From: Longimicrobiales bacterium
Lineage (GTDB): Bacteria; Gemmatimonadota; Gemmatimonadetes; Longimicrobiales; Gaopeijiaceae
Length of the DNA: 64,000 nucleotides
Direction: 5' to 3'
Assembly: GCA_041690395.1 (NCBI GenBank)
Contig: JAWLHJ010000006.1
Coordinates: 38,530-102,529 of the forward strand
Shown: one piece after another, positions 35,988-46,695 of the stretch
How the letters are laid out: the number at the start of each line of letters is the position of its first letter
Position numbering within the stretch: position 1 is the first letter of the stretch
The notes under the pieces: model-generated
Told to the model about the DNA's origin: nothing
Database searches by the model: none
The model's input: only the letters and a program-made list of their open reading frames with translations
Program-made: the position numbers and the translations under genes

Positions 35988-38186
35988 GTGACCCCCGTAT
36001 CCTCCGAAGTCGCCGCCGCGCTCGCCGACGGAACGCTCGCCACGCCCTTCGACGTGCTCGGTATCCACCCGGCCGACGCCGGCCGAGGCAAGGTCGTTCG
36101 CGCGTTCGTCACCTGGGCCCGCTCGGTCGCCGTCGTGCGTGACGGCGAAAGCTCGCCCATGCGAAGGCTGCACGAGGCCGGGCTGTTCGAGGCGGACTTC
36201 CCGGACCCAGACTTCTTCCAGTACCGACTCGCGGTCGAGGACGAGGAGGGGCGTGTATGGGAGCTCGAGGACCCGTACCGCTTCGGCCCGGTCGTGAACG
36301 AGACGCGGGTCCGGGCCTTCCTCGAGGGACGCGAGCACCGGGTTCATCAGGTACTGGGATCGCGCCCCCTGACCCATGAAGGCGTCAAGGGCACGGCATT
36401 CGCCGTCTGGGCACCGCACGCCCGGGCCGTCGCCGTCATGGGCGACATGAACGGCTGGGACGGCCGGTGCCACCCGATGCGACCGAGGGGGGACACCGGC
36501 GTCTGGGAGCTCTTCATTCCCGGCGTCGGTGCAGGCGCGCGGTACAAGTACCGCATCGTGGACGCGCGCGGCACAGTCCTCGAGAAGGCCGACCCGTGCG
36601 GCCGAGCCGTCGAGCTGCGCCCCGCCACGGCGTCGGAGGTGTGGACCGAGGGCGGCTACCGTTGGGGGGACGGGAAGTGGATGGAGCAGCGGGAGCGTTG
36701 GAACGCCGACGACGCGCCGATCTCCGTCTACGAGGTTCATCTCGGCTCCTGGCGGCGACGTCCGGGCCGTGCGCCTCAGGATCCGGGGTGGTACGGGTAC
36801 CGCGAGCTCGCCGACCGGCTCGTCCCCTACGCGGCGGAGATGGGGTTCACGCATCTCGAGCTGCTCCCGGTCGTGGAGCACCCGCTCGACCAGAGCTGGG
36901 GGTATCAGCCGCTCGGCTTCTTCGCGCCGACCTCCCGCTTCGGGACACCCGACGATTTCCGTTACTTCGTGGACCGGGCCCACCAGGCGGGACTCGGCGT
37001 CATCCTGGACTGGGTGCCGGGTCACTTCCCGGAGGACGCCCACGGGCTGGTCCGCTTCGACGGGACGCCGCTCTACGAGCACGACGACCCCCAACAGGCC
37101 CGCCACCCGGACTGGGGAACCCTGACATTCGGCTTCGAGCGCCCCTCGGTCCGCGCCTTCCTGATCTCGAGCGCGCTGCACTGGCTCGAGGACTACCATA
37201 TCGACGGTCTGCGCGTGGACGCCGTGGCGTCGATGCTCTACCTCGACTACTCGCGGAAGGACGGCGAGTGGACGCCGAACGAGCACGGCGGAAGGGAGAA
37301 CCTGCACGCCGTCACCTTCCTGAAGGACCTCAACGACGCGGTCCACGCCGCGTGCCCGGGCACGCTCATGATCGCCGAGGAGTCGACGTCATGGCCACAG
37401 GTCTCGCACGGAACGGACCGTGGCGGGCTGGGCTTCGACCAGAAGTGGAACATGGGGTGGATGAACGACACCCTGGAGGCCATGGAGACGGACCCCCTCT
37501 TCCGGAAGTACCGCTACGACCGGTTCACCTTCTCGCTCCTGTACGCGTTCAGCGAGCGCTTCGTGCTGCCGCTCTCCCATGACGAGGTCGTGCACGGCAA
37601 GCGCTCGCTCCTGTCGAAGATGCCGGGTCCGGACGAGGAGAAGTTCGGCAACCTGCGGGCGCTGTACGGGCTGCAGTGGGGGCATCCCGGGAAGAAGCTG
37701 CTCTTCATGGGCGGGGAGATCGCGCAGTGGACCGAGTGGGCCGTGGACGGCGATCTCGACTGGGCGCTGCTCGACTTCGACGCGCACGCCGGCATCCGGC
37801 TCCTGGTGGGAGACCTGAACCGGCTCTACCGGGGTGAGCGCGCCCTCCACGCGCAGGACTTCCACCCGAACGGCTTCGAATGGCTCGACTGCACGGACCC
37901 CGATCGGGTGATCCTCTCGTGGGTCCGGTGGGAGCCAGAATGGAAGAGCTACGTCGCAGTCGTGGTGAACCTCACCCCGGTACCGCGACCGGACTTCAAG
38001 CTCCCGGTACCGTTCTCGGCCCGACACCGCGTGCTCCTGAACACCGACGCCCCGGTGTACGGGGGGAAGGGCGATCCCTTCGTGCCCCCGGAGCTGGACC
38101 CCCGCCCCGAGCGCTACCAGGGACGCGAGCAGGTCGTCGATCTCCCGCTGCCGGGCCTGTCGGCCGTCTTCCTCAAACCGGTGTAG
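35988..38186 (+). CDS. glgB: 1,4-alpha-glucan branching enzyme
   Basis: FAVWAP, YEVHLGSW, SWGYQ, DGLRVDAVASM, AEES, LSHDEVVHGK. Confidence 0.96.
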   Translation: MTPVSSEVAAALADGTLATPFDVLGIHPADAGRGKVVRAFVTWARSVAVVRDGESSPMRRLHEAGLFEADFPDPDFFQYRLAVEDEEGRVWELEDPYRFGPVVNETRVRAFLEGREHRVHQVLGSRPLTHEGVKGTAFAVWAPHARAVAVMGDMNGWDGRCHPMRPRGDTGVWELFIPGVGAGARYKYRIVDARGTVLEKADPCGRAVELRPATASEVWTEGGYRWGDGKWMEQRERWNADDAPISVYEVHLGSWRRRPGRAPQDPGWYGYRELADRLVPYAAEMGFTHLELLPVVEHPLDQSWGYQPLGFFAPTSRFGTPDDFRYFVDRAHQAGLGVILDWVPGHFPEDAHGLVRFDGTPLYEHDDPQQARHPDWGTLTFGFERPSVRAFLISSALHWLEDYHIDGLRVDAVASMLYLDYSRKDGEWTPNEHGGRENLHAVTFLKDLNDAVHAACPGTLMIAEESTSWPQVSHGTDRGGLGFDQKWNMGWMNDTLEAMETDPLFRKYRYDRFTFSLLYAFSERFVLPLSHDEVVHGKRSLLSKMPGPDEEKFGNLRALYGLQWGHPGKKLLFMGGEIAQWTEWAVDGDLDWALLDFDAHAGIRLLVGDLNRLYRGERALHAQDFHPNGFEWLDCTDPDRVILSWVRWEPEWKSYVAVVVNLTPVPRPDFKLPVPFSARHRVLLNTDAPVYGGKGDPFVPPELDPRPERYQGREQVVDLPLPGLSAVFLKPV

Positions 38187-38240
38187 GCGCGAGCTCGCGG
38201 CCAGCCGGCGCGCGAACCGCGTGGCCGGCCCGGCGGTTCG

Positions 38241-40451
38241 TCAGTCTCCGGACTCCTCGGCGGCGAACGCCGGGGTGACATCCCCGAAACCCTCGGTCGG
38301 CGGATCGTCGTTCTCGAGCGTGCCGGACAGCGCGGGCACGTAGAAGCGCGTGGCGTAATCCTCGACCATGCGCCGGGCGGTGAAGCGCTGGGCCGCGACG
38401 CGCAGGGCGTGCTTCATGTACTGGACGAAGCCGTGGGGCACCCCGTCCTCGTCCTGGTCGTAGAAGAGCGGCACGACCTCGCGCTCGAGGATGCCGAAGA
38501 GCGCCTCGTGATCCTGCTGGTCGACCTCGGCCTCGGTCCCCTCGGCGCGCGGCAGCGCCCAGCCGTTGTCCCCGGTGAAGCCCTCGGCCCACCAGCCGTC
38601 GAGCGTGCTCAGGTGCGGCACGCAGTTCAGGGCGGCCTTCATGCCGCTCGTGCCCGACGCCTCCATGGGCGCTCTCGGGGTGTTGAGCCACACGTCCACG
38701 CCCTGCACGAGGCGATGCGCGACGTGGAGCTCGTAGTCCTCGATGAAGGCGATGCGCCCTTCGAAGCGCGCGTCCCGGGTGGCCTGCCACACCTTCTGGA
38801 GGACCTTCTTCGCGGTGTCGTCCGCGGGGTGTGCCTTTCCGGCGAACACGATCTGCACGGGGCGGCGCGGGTCCGTGAGCAACCGGGCCAGCCGCTCCTC
38901 GTCCATGAAGAGCAGGTGGGCCCGCTTGTAGGTCGCGAACCGGCGCGCGAAGCCCAACGTGAGGGGCTGCGGGCCGAGGAGGGTCCCGCCGCCGACCAGA
39001 TGGGCGGCCTCCTTCCAGATCTCGCGCCAGCGGGTCCGCGACTCCTCACGGCAGAAGTCCAGCAGCCGCTTTTTGAGCTCGACGTGCACTTCCCACACCT
39101 TCCGGTCGTCGAGCTCCAGCACCCCGTCCCACATGGCCGGGTCATCGACGCGGCCGCCCCAATCCGCCCCCAGATGGTCGTCGAGGAGCTCCATGTACCG
39201 ATGGGACATCCAGGTGCCCAGATGGACACCGTTGGTGACCCCTTCGATGGGCACGTGCGCGGCGTCGCGTCCGGGCCAGAGGCAGCGCCAGAGCTCGCGC
39301 GTGACGTCCCGGTGGAGCATGGACACGCCGTTCACGTGTCCCGCGAGGCGGATCGCGGCCGCGGTCATGTGGAAGCGTCCGTGATCGATCTCGGGATGAT
39401 GGCCGATCGCCCGGAATCGCTCCCGGTCCATGTCCAGCGTTTCGTGGTACGATCCGCACACGGAGTCGATGAGCTCCGGGGAGAACATGTCGTGGCCCGC
39501 CGGAACCGGCGTGTGGGTCGTGAACACGGTGCGACTCCGCACGTCGCGAGTCGCCTCGGACAGGCTGGCCCCGTCCGAGATGCGCTCACGGAGTCTCTCG
39601 ACCATCATGAACGTGGCGTGTCCCTCGTTGGCGTGCCACGCCCCGGGGGCGATCCCGAGCGCACGAAGCACTCGCACCCCGCCGACGCCGAGGATCCACT
39701 CCTGCTTCAGCCGGTGCTCCTGGCCGCCGCCGTAGAGCTGGTACGTGAGCTCCCGGTCCTCGGGATCGTTCTCGGGAAGATTCGTGTCGAGCAGAATGAG
39801 GCTGGCGCGGCCGACGGCCAGCTTCCAGGCGCCGATGGCGACGTCACGCCCGCCTGTCCTGAGGACCGTCAGCGCGGTCTCACCATGAGCCCCCGAGAGC
39901 CGCACGAGCGGCATGATGCGGGGGTCGAACGGCTCCTCCGAGCCCTGCTGCCACCCCTCGAGGTTCAGGTGTTGATCGAAGTACCCCTTCGAGTAGAGGA
40001 GGCCGACGCCGACGAACGGTACGCCCAGGTCCGAAACCGCCTTGCAGTGGTCACCGGCGAGGACGCCGAGCCCGCCCGAGTAGATCGGGATGGAGTTGTG
40101 CAGCCCGAACTCGGCGCAGAAGTACGCCACCGGCGCGGAACCCGCGTCGGGGAAGGTGTTCCGGAACCACGTGTCCTCGGACGTCAGCGCGTGCTCGATC
40201 TCGGCCGACACACCGTCGAGCTTCGCCAGGAAGTTCGGGTCACGGGCCAGTTGAGCGAGCCGACCCGGATCCATCTGACGGAGGAGCGCGACCGGGTTGT
40301 GCCGGAGCGCGGACCAGAGCACCGGATCCAACTCGTTCCTGAGGAAGCTCCGTGCACGGCGGTTCCACCGCCAGAGCAGGTTCAGGGAAAGCCGCTCGAG
40401 GTCCTTCAGGCGCTCGGGCAGGAAGGGGATCTTGCTGCTGGTGTCACTCAT
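38241..40451 (-). CDS. glgP: Alpha-glucan phosphorylase
   Basis: YSGGLGVLAGD, RRFATYKR, EASGTSGMK (PLP Lys). Confidence 0.95.
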   Translation of the reverse strand: MSDTSSKIPFLPERLKDLERLSLNLLWRWNRRARSFLRNELDPVLWSALRHNPVALLRQMDPGRLAQLARDPNFLAKLDGVSAEIEHALTSEDTWFRNTFPDAGSAPVAYFCAEFGLHNSIPIYSGGLGVLAGDHCKAVSDLGVPFVGVGLLYSKGYFDQHLNLEGWQQGSEEPFDPRIMPLVRLSGAHGETALTVLRTGGRDVAIGAWKLAVGRASLILLDTNLPENDPEDRELTYQLYGGGQEHRLKQEWILGVGGVRVLRALGIAPGAWHANEGHATFMMVERLRERISDGASLSEATRDVRSRTVFTTHTPVPAGHDMFSPELIDSVCGSYHETLDMDRERFRAIGHHPEIDHGRFHMTAAAIRLAGHVNGVSMLHRDVTRELWRCLWPGRDAAHVPIEGVTNGVHLGTWMSHRYMELLDDHLGADWGGRVDDPAMWDGVLELDDRKVWEVHVELKKRLLDFCREESRTRWREIWKEAAHLVGGGTLLGPQPLTLGFARRFATYKRAHLLFMDEERLARLLTDPRRPVQIVFAGKAHPADDTAKKVLQKVWQATRDARFEGRIAFIEDYELHVAHRLVQGVDVWLNTPRAPMEASGTSGMKAALNCVPHLSTLDGWWAEGFTGDNGWALPRAEGTEAEVDQQDHEALFGILEREVVPLFYDQDEDGVPHGFVQYMKHALRVAAQRFTARRMVEDYATRFYVPALSGTLENDDPPTEGFGDVTPAFAAEESGD

Positions 40452-40541
40452 CGATTGCACGTCCGTGACCCGCGAGCGGGTCTTGTTGGCGGAGGGGGCC
40501 GTAGAATTTCGTGGCCACCGGGCCCGATGTGAAGCCCGACC

Positions 40542-41060
40542 TTACCGCCCGCCGCCCACCGCGTTCAGGATCGATGACAAGGGGATCTTCAGGAACTCGG
40601 GCGGACTCCGCGGCTGAGTATTGTCGTCACTGAAGAGATCCGCCGTGAACAGGGCGTAGATGCCCGCGACGGCCACCACCGCCACCCCGGCGGCGAAAAG
40701 CGACCGGTTCCTGGACAGCGTCCGTACCCCGACCTCCCGCACATCCGCCCGGGGCACGCGGACCGTGTCCGTCACCGTACCGCTTCCGTATCCGAGCCGG
40801 CGCGAATCGAGCTCCACCTGGAGCATGATGTCCTGGGTGGTGCTCGACAGGACGCTCCCGGTGAGCTCCGAGAACGGTATCGCCCGGGTGGCCTGCAGCC
40901 GGTCCTGCCCGGCCCCGGTCAGTTCGACCTTCACCTGCTCGCCGATGCTCGGCGCCGGCGCCTGGACCGGCTCGTAGCGGTAGCAGCCCGCGGCAAGTGT
41001 GACGAGCAGGCCCGGCAGCGCCACACGGCGCATGAGCCTTCCGACATTGGTTCGAGCCAT
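40542..41060 (-). CDS. Hypothetical lipoprotein
   Basis: Lipobox AAGC; C-terminal TM. Confidence 0.7.
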   Translation of the reverse strand: MARTNVGRLMRRVALPGLLVTLAAGCYRYEPVQAPAPSIGEQVKVELTGAGQDRLQATRAIPFSELTGSVLSSTTQDIMLQVELDSRRLGYGSGTVTDTVRVPRADVREVGVRTLSRNRSLFAAGVAVVAVAGIYALFTADLFSDDNTQPRSPPEFLKIPLSSILNAVGGGR

Positions 41061-41136
41061 CGAGCAACTCCTGGTTCGACGAGAAACGCGCTCTACTCGA
41101 GCTGGAACGATCGAGCATCACATAATGATACCCGAA

Positions 41137-41165
41137 CGGCCCCCCGGCGATTCGCCGGGGGGCCG
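41137..41165. terminator. GC hairpin after susD
   Basis: CGGCCCCCCGGCGA-T-TCGCCGGGGGGCCG. Confidence 0.7.
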
Positions 41166-41196
41166 CGGGTTTCGACTCACGAAGAGTCGTTTGCGA

Positions 41197-42627
41197 CTAG
41201 CAGGTGCCGAGAATGAAGCAGTTCGACACACGCTCGCTCTGGCCGATCACGAGGACCTGACCAGGGTTGAGCACCGCGGATGAAGCGTTGCCCCACTCGG
41301 GGCCATGCACGCCGGTGCGGTACATGTCCCACAGCCGGCGGTTCGGCATGTTGAGCAGGTTGGCCTGCCGCTCGTGGAAGAGCATGTCGATGGCCTCCGG
41401 ATGGTTGCCCAGTCCGGCCTGCACCATGTCCCACGGCGTGTGGTCCAGCGGGCTCTCCGCGCTCTTGAGCGCGCGCACGTGGTTGATGTGCGTCTGGAAG
41501 TCGAGCATGACGCCGTCCGCCAGCGCCGCCTCGGCCAGGATCAGGTGCAACTCCCTGGCCGTGACCACCCTGAGGGGCGAGTACAGCAGGTTGTCCACGA
41601 ATGCCGTGATGATCTCCTGGGCACCCTGATCGGGGATGTTGTCGATCGGGTCGAGCAGCGCGATGTCGCGCTCGTTCGTGGTGATGCCGTCCCCGTCGAC
41701 GTCCGCAGAGTCACGACGCACAGCCTTTCCGCTGTTGTCGATCACGACGTACGTCTCCGAGAAGACGAACTCCTGCCGCTCGTTGATCCATGCCCCCTGG
41801 GGGTTGGATCCGCTGGCGGACGCGTACCCGAGCGTGAACGCCCAGTCGTCCGTCGGCCCGATATCGGCGATCACGTCCTCGGCGTAGCCCACCGCCGCGG
41901 CATTGTTGATCAGATAGTCGCTCGGGTCGACCGCATTCGGGTCGCTCGGGATGACGCCCTGCATGTGCGGCCAGAGCGCCCGTCCCCAGTGGGCCCGCGC
42001 CAGAGCGGCACGGATGCGAGTCCGGTCCGGCCCGGCTGCCGCCAGACCCAACGCGGACTCGAGACGGGTAATCGCCGTGTCGTAGACGTCCTGCATGTTC
42101 GCCTCGCCCAACGGCGCCCCGACCTCGGTGCGGTCGGAGAACGCGAAGTCCTCCATGATGTCCGCGATGGTCATGTGGACCAGACCGGAGTACAGGTTGG
42201 CGCGCATCAGCTCGTAGTCCGTCGCGCCCACCTCGGCGGCCAACGCGAGCGCTTCCTCGGCCGTCCAGGCGGCCTGCGCCAGCGCGTTGGTCATGTCGTC
42301 GCTACGACCCGCCGGCGTGTCGAAGATGCCGCGGTCGAGCTCGGCCGCCCAGTTCTGGGAGCCGGTGAAGAGAAGCTCGTCGGACATCGCCGCGGTGGAC
42401 AGCGCGATGTTCGCGAGGCTGCTGGAGGTGAGAGCGAGCGCTCCGTTCACGAGCGCGCTCACGGCCTCCGGGTTCTCGAGGTCCGACTGGACGACGTTGT
42501 TGGGGTTCTCGACGTCCAGAAGGCTGTCGCAGCCGGTGAGTCCCACGGCGAACACCGTGGTCAGAAGCCCTGCCGCCAGGCGGCTCGGCTTCCTCCGGCC
42601 CTTATAGCCAGTTTGTACGGATTGCAT
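41197..42627 (-). CDS. SusD/RagB-family lipoprotein
   Basis: LTGCDSLLDVENPN; ELHLILAEA; ER...RLWDMYR; directly after SusC. Confidence 0.85.
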   Translation of the reverse strand: MQSVQTGYKGRRKPSRLAAGLLTTVFAVGLTGCDSLLDVENPNNVVQSDLENPEAVSALVNGALALTSSSLANIALSTAAMSDELLFTGSQNWAAELDRGIFDTPAGRSDDMTNALAQAAWTAEEALALAAEVGATDYELMRANLYSGLVHMTIADIMEDFAFSDRTEVGAPLGEANMQDVYDTAITRLESALGLAAAGPDRTRIRAALARAHWGRALWPHMQGVIPSDPNAVDPSDYLINNAAAVGYAEDVIADIGPTDDWAFTLGYASASGSNPQGAWINERQEFVFSETYVVIDNSGKAVRRDSADVDGDGITTNERDIALLDPIDNIPDQGAQEIITAFVDNLLYSPLRVVTARELHLILAEAALADGVMLDFQTHINHVRALKSAESPLDHTPWDMVQAGLGNHPEAIDMLFHERQANLLNMPNRRLWDMYRTGVHGPEWGNASSAVLNPGQVLVIGQSERVSNCFILGTC

Positions 42628-42642
42628 ATCGATTCTCCGTTA

Positions 42643-45600
42643 TCAGAAGCCGAAGCGGACGCTGAACTGGTAGCGCGTCGGGACACCCGGACGCCACCCG
42701 TCGATGCCGTACACGAAGTTGCTCGTGTCGCCACTCGGACGCGTGACCACGTTGTTCTCCGGGTCGATACCGGAGTAGCTCGTGAAGAGCTTCAGGTTAC
42801 GCGCGGCGGCGGTGACCGTCATACGGTCGATGCCGAGGCCCTCGATGGCCGAACCCGGAACCTGGTAGGTCAGGCCCAGCTCACGCCACCGGATGTAGTC
42901 CGCCGTCTCGATGCCGTTGACGCCGTCCCACGGGGACAGGCCCACGATCTCACGCCAGGCGGCGGCAGCCGCCACCTTGTCGTCCGGCGAGGCCGCCGGG
43001 TTCTTGATGACGGCTTCGATGTTCGCAGCCTCACGGGTGTTGCGGCCGAGCAGGCTGTGCGAGTTCCGGAACTCACCGCTCAGGTTCTGACGCTTGAAGT
43101 TGCCGAACGCATAGTCGAACTGCGTGGTCAGGCGGAAGCTGCCGAGGAACGAGAGCGTTCCACCGAACGAGCCGGACCAGTCCGGCAGCGGCTTGCCACG
43201 GTAGTACTCACCGTCCGGCCCCGTCGTCGTCGCGGGCTGCGCGAGCAGACGGAGGTTGTCGACGTCACCGGCCGGGTTGTCGACGAAGTACTGACGGAGC
43301 TCCGCCTCGGAGTCCGGCGTGCCGTCGTTGTTCATGTCGTACGCGGTCTCGCCCGCGGCCGGCTCGTGGATGAGTCGGCTGAAGAACGAGCCCGGGGCGT
43401 ACCCTTCCACGATCCAGGTCCGGTAGCGGTAGTACCCGACCTTGATCGAGGGCGCGTCGCCCATGTCCGTGACTTCTTCCTGCAGGTACGCGGCGTTCGC
43501 GAACATGTCGAAGCTCGCGTTCGACGTGTTGAACACGGTTCCGTTCAGTCCGAACTCCCAGCCCGAGGCCTTCATCTCGCCCAGGTTGAACAGCTGGGGA
43601 GTGGTGAAGCCGCCCGAGGGCGGGAACTGCCGGGGCACGAGCGCGTCGGAAACCGTACGGTTCCAGTACGTCACGTCGAGGGAGAACCGGTTGTTCAGGA
43701 TGCCGAAGTCACCTCCGACCTCCCACTCGGTCGAAACCTCGGGCTGGAGGTCCGCGTTACCGAGGTTGTCCGGCGACACGCCGGGCCCCTCGACGGACGG
43801 CTCCGGCTCGAACGTCGTGAACTGATCGAACGCGCCCGGCTGGAGGCCGGACTGGCCGATGGCGCCACGCAGACGCATCGAGCTGAACGGCCCGATGTTG
43901 TCGACGCCGGCCATGTCGGTCGGAACGATCGAAAGGCTGACCTTCGGGTAGAGCGCGCCGCCCGCGGTCTCACCGAACGCGCTGTGCTTGTCGTAGCGCG
44001 CGCCGACCGTCGCGAAGACGAAGTCGTTGAAGCCGAGCTGCTCCTGCACGTACACGCCCGCGTTGACCTGCTGGTTGATGGTCTCGCCCGCGCTCGGCTC
44101 GGCCGCGGCACCCGTGACCTCGAGGCCCGGAGCCGGGAACGAGAACCCTTCGGACTGGTTCTCGTGGTACTCGTTCTGCAGCAGCTGACCGCCGACGATG
44201 AACGACGACGTGATGTTGTCCGTCAGCTGGTTGTCGTAGACCGCCTTCGCGTCGAACGTGACGTTCCGCCGGTTGTGGGTCTGCAGAATACGCTCACCCT
44301 GCGGCGCGTAGTTCGAGAAGTTGTCCACGTTCCAGCCGAACCGCTGGAAGTCGACCTCTTCCGTCGAGACGATGTCGACACCGACCGTGGCGTCGAGCGT
44401 GAGCCCCTCGAGCGGGTTGTACTGCGTGTTGATGCTTCCCGCGAACCGGCGCGTGTCCGTGAACTGCTCGATGTTGAACATCTCGCGGATCGTGGCGAAG
44501 GTGCCGGTACCGGTCGGGTTCGACTCACGGGCGAGCTCGGGCTTCGCCATGATCGACATGGAGAAGGTTCCCGTCGTGTTGTTTCCGTTGGTCGGGACCT
44601 CGTGGTACCGCTCCGTATACATCGTGTTGAAGCGGAGGCGGAGGTCCTCCGACGGGAAGAACGTCAGGTTCGCGACGGCCTGCTTCTGCTCGTCCAGGTC
44701 GCGCGCCGGACCCCACTGCTCGCCGCCGAACGCACCGTCCTCATAGGCGTACCGGCCGGAAACGAAGTAGTTGATGTTCTCGGTGCCGCCACGGACGGAC
44801 AGGCTGTACGCCTGGTTGAATCCCGTCTCGAAGAGGCCGTCGAGCAGGGGCGCCTGGAAGACGTCGTACAGACCGGGCGTGGAGGACAGCCCCCACCACT
44901 CCGCGACTTCCTGGGCCTGCGCGGCGTTGCAGCCGCCACCGGGCCACGCGCTCCGCGAGTCGCTGCAGACGAAGCCGAAGTGGTTGTCGTAGCGGCTCAT
45001 GTCCATCTGGGACAGGCCGGCCTCGACCGACATCTCCCACTGCGGGTCACCGGCCTGACCGGCCTTGGTGAAGATCTGGATCACGCCGTTGGAGGCCTCG
45101 GTGCCGTACAGCGTGGCCGCCGCGGCGCCCTTGAGGATCTCGACGCGCTCGATCGCCTCCGGGTTGATGTCGTCCAGACGGGACGCACCACCCGCATCGC
45201 CCTCGTCCACGTCGTTCGAGACGCGGATTCCGTCGATGTAGATGATCGGGTTGTTGCTCTGGGTGAGGGACGAGGTGCCGCGGATGCGGATCTCGGATGC
45301 CTCACCGGCCATGCCGCCGCTCTGGCTGATGTTCACGCCAGCCGTGCGGCCCTGGAGAGCCTCGGAGAAGTTGGAGATCGGGGACTCCTGGATGCGGCTC
45401 ATGTCGACGGCCGCAACCGTGTTCCCGAGACGCCGGCGCTCCGTCGCCTGACCGGCGCCGGTGATGACCAGCTCGTCGAGCTGCACCGCACTGGTCGAGA
45501 GCGTGAAGTCGAGCGCCGCCGTCTGGCCGGCGGACACGTTCACGGTCTGCTCGGTCTGGCCGTAGCCGACCCGCTCCACCCGGATGGTGACTTCACCAGC

Positions 45601-45834
45601 GGGCACGTTGAGAAGCAGATAGCGACCGGACGAGTTGGTCAGCGTTCCGAGGCTCGTCCCCGGCACGTAGACCTGCACGGCGTCGAGCGGGCGCATGCTG
45701 CTCCCATCGGTCACGGTTCCAGTGACCGATCCTTGCTGCGCGGCCGCGAAGCCTGGCACGAACGCCAGCGCCGCGGCGAGCAGCAGAGCCCGTGATTGCC
45801 CCTTCACTACTTGGACAAACGAGTTGTGATACAT
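42643..45834 (-). CDS. SusC/RagA TonB-dependent receptor
   Basis: LDDINPEAIERVEILKGAAAATLYGTEASNGVIQIFTK; terminal F; ATG 45834 with GGGGAGG RBS. Confidence 0.95.
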   Translation of the reverse strand: MYHNSFVQVVKGQSRALLLAAALAFVPGFAAAQQGSVTGTVTDGSSMRPLDAVQVYVPGTSLGTLTNSSGRYLLLNVPAGEVTIRVERVGYGQTEQTVNVSAGQTAALDFTLSTSAVQLDELVITGAGQATERRRLGNTVAAVDMSRIQESPISNFSEALQGRTAGVNISQSGGMAGEASEIRIRGTSSLTQSNNPIIYIDGIRVSNDVDEGDAGGASRLDDINPEAIERVEILKGAAAATLYGTEASNGVIQIFTKAGQAGDPQWEMSVEAGLSQMDMSRYDNHFGFVCSDSRSAWPGGGCNAAQAQEVAEWWGLSSTPGLYDVFQAPLLDGLFETGFNQAYSLSVRGGTENINYFVSGRYAYEDGAFGGEQWGPARDLDEQKQAVANLTFFPSEDLRLRFNTMYTERYHEVPTNGNNTTGTFSMSIMAKPELARESNPTGTGTFATIREMFNIEQFTDTRRFAGSINTQYNPLEGLTLDATVGVDIVSTEEVDFQRFGWNVDNFSNYAPQGERILQTHNRRNVTFDAKAVYDNQLTDNITSSFIVGGQLLQNEYHENQSEGFSFPAPGLEVTGAAAEPSAGETINQQVNAGVYVQEQLGFNDFVFATVGARYDKHSAFGETAGGALYPKVSLSIVPTDMAGVDNIGPFSSMRLRGAIGQSGLQPGAFDQFTTFEPEPSVEGPGVSPDNLGNADLQPEVSTEWEVGGDFGILNNRFSLDVTYWNRTVSDALVPRQFPPSGGFTTPQLFNLGEMKASGWEFGLNGTVFNTSNASFDMFANAAYLQEEVTDMGDAPSIKVGYYRYRTWIVEGYAPGSFFSRLIHEPAAGETAYDMNNDGTPDSEAELRQYFVDNPAGDVDNLRLLAQPATTTGPDGEYYRGKPLPDWSGSFGGTLSFLGSFRLTTQFDYAFGNFKRQNLSGEFRNSHSLLGRNTREAANIEAVIKNPAASPDDKVAAAAAWREIVGLSPWDGVNGIETADYIRWRELGLTYQVPGSAIEGLGIDRMTVTAAARNLKLFTSYSGIDPENNVVTRPSGDTSNFVYGIDGWRPGVPTRYQFSVRFGF

Positions 45835-46085
45835 AGGGCCTCCCCTATAGCGGAGTGGTGGGTCGTGTTCGACCCGTCGAACAGGTGGTACATCACCACC
45901 TGGATACGATGCCGGGGGCGGGCAGGGCCTGACGGCCCCCGCTCTTCCCGGGGTATTTGAGGATGTTCGATCTATTGGCTTACAGCTTATGGCGTCTGGC
46001 ATATTCAGGAACGACTCAGTCGCCCATCATTCACTCCGGTCCGACGCATGTCAAGAAAAGGATTCTCGTTCGAGCGTCGATGCGC

Positions 46086-46325
46086 TCAGTCGCCGAGTGC
46101 GCGGTCGATCATCCGTTGGATGACCTCCGTCCGGAGCGCGCGTGGATCCGTATATGTAGGCCAGGGGGCCACGAACGTGACCGCTTCGCACGTGAACTCG
46201 AACCCGACGGTCGAGGCCATGCGGTCGGCGTCGCCGCCTCCCACCACACGTGCGTCCGCCCCGGAAGACCGCCATGCGATCCGCCAGGTGACGCCGTCTC
46301 GATCCCGAAACTCGAAGTCCGTCAC
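46086..46325 (-). CDS. Small hypothetical protein
   Basis: GGGGAG RBS; FRDRDGVTWRI...GFEF pattern. Confidence 0.55.
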   Translation of the reverse strand: MTDFEFRDRDGVTWRIAWRSSGADARVVGGGDADRMASTVGFEFTCEAVTFVAPWPTYTDPRALRTEVIQRMIDRALGD

Positions 46326-46481
46326 GCTCCCCCCAGATTCAACTCGTGTGCCATAAGGTCGGTCGCCGGCATCCGTTTGTCACGGGTTTCATATGCGCAT
46401 GCCGGGCACCGGGGCCACCCAGGAGCCATGGTGTCCCGTGAATCATGGACACCTCGACACCCGCAGATGCTGGAACGCAAA

Positions 46482-46512
46482 CGCCCGGGAGCCGCGACGC
46501 GGCTCCCGGGCG
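46482..46512 (-). terminator. Intrinsic terminator after tRNA-Lys
   Basis: CGCCCGGGAGCCGCG-A-CGCGGCTCCCGGGCG followed by TTT on minus strand. Confidence 0.75.
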
Positions 46513-46515
46513 CAG

Positions 46516-46588
<73 letters not shown>

Positions 46589-46695
46589 GTCGGGAGCCCA
46601 TAAAGCTACGCTTCGCGCCGACCGGGTCAACCGTACCGGAATACCCCCGAGTCGACTCCCATGGCCCGGCCTCCGCGGGTGAGCCCCTGGATGGA

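Noticed and set aside
34330..37346. N-terminal extensions of the 1527-aa and 1006-aa ORFs
   Set aside because: They overlap glgA/glgB; real starts are GTG 34329 and ATG 35864.
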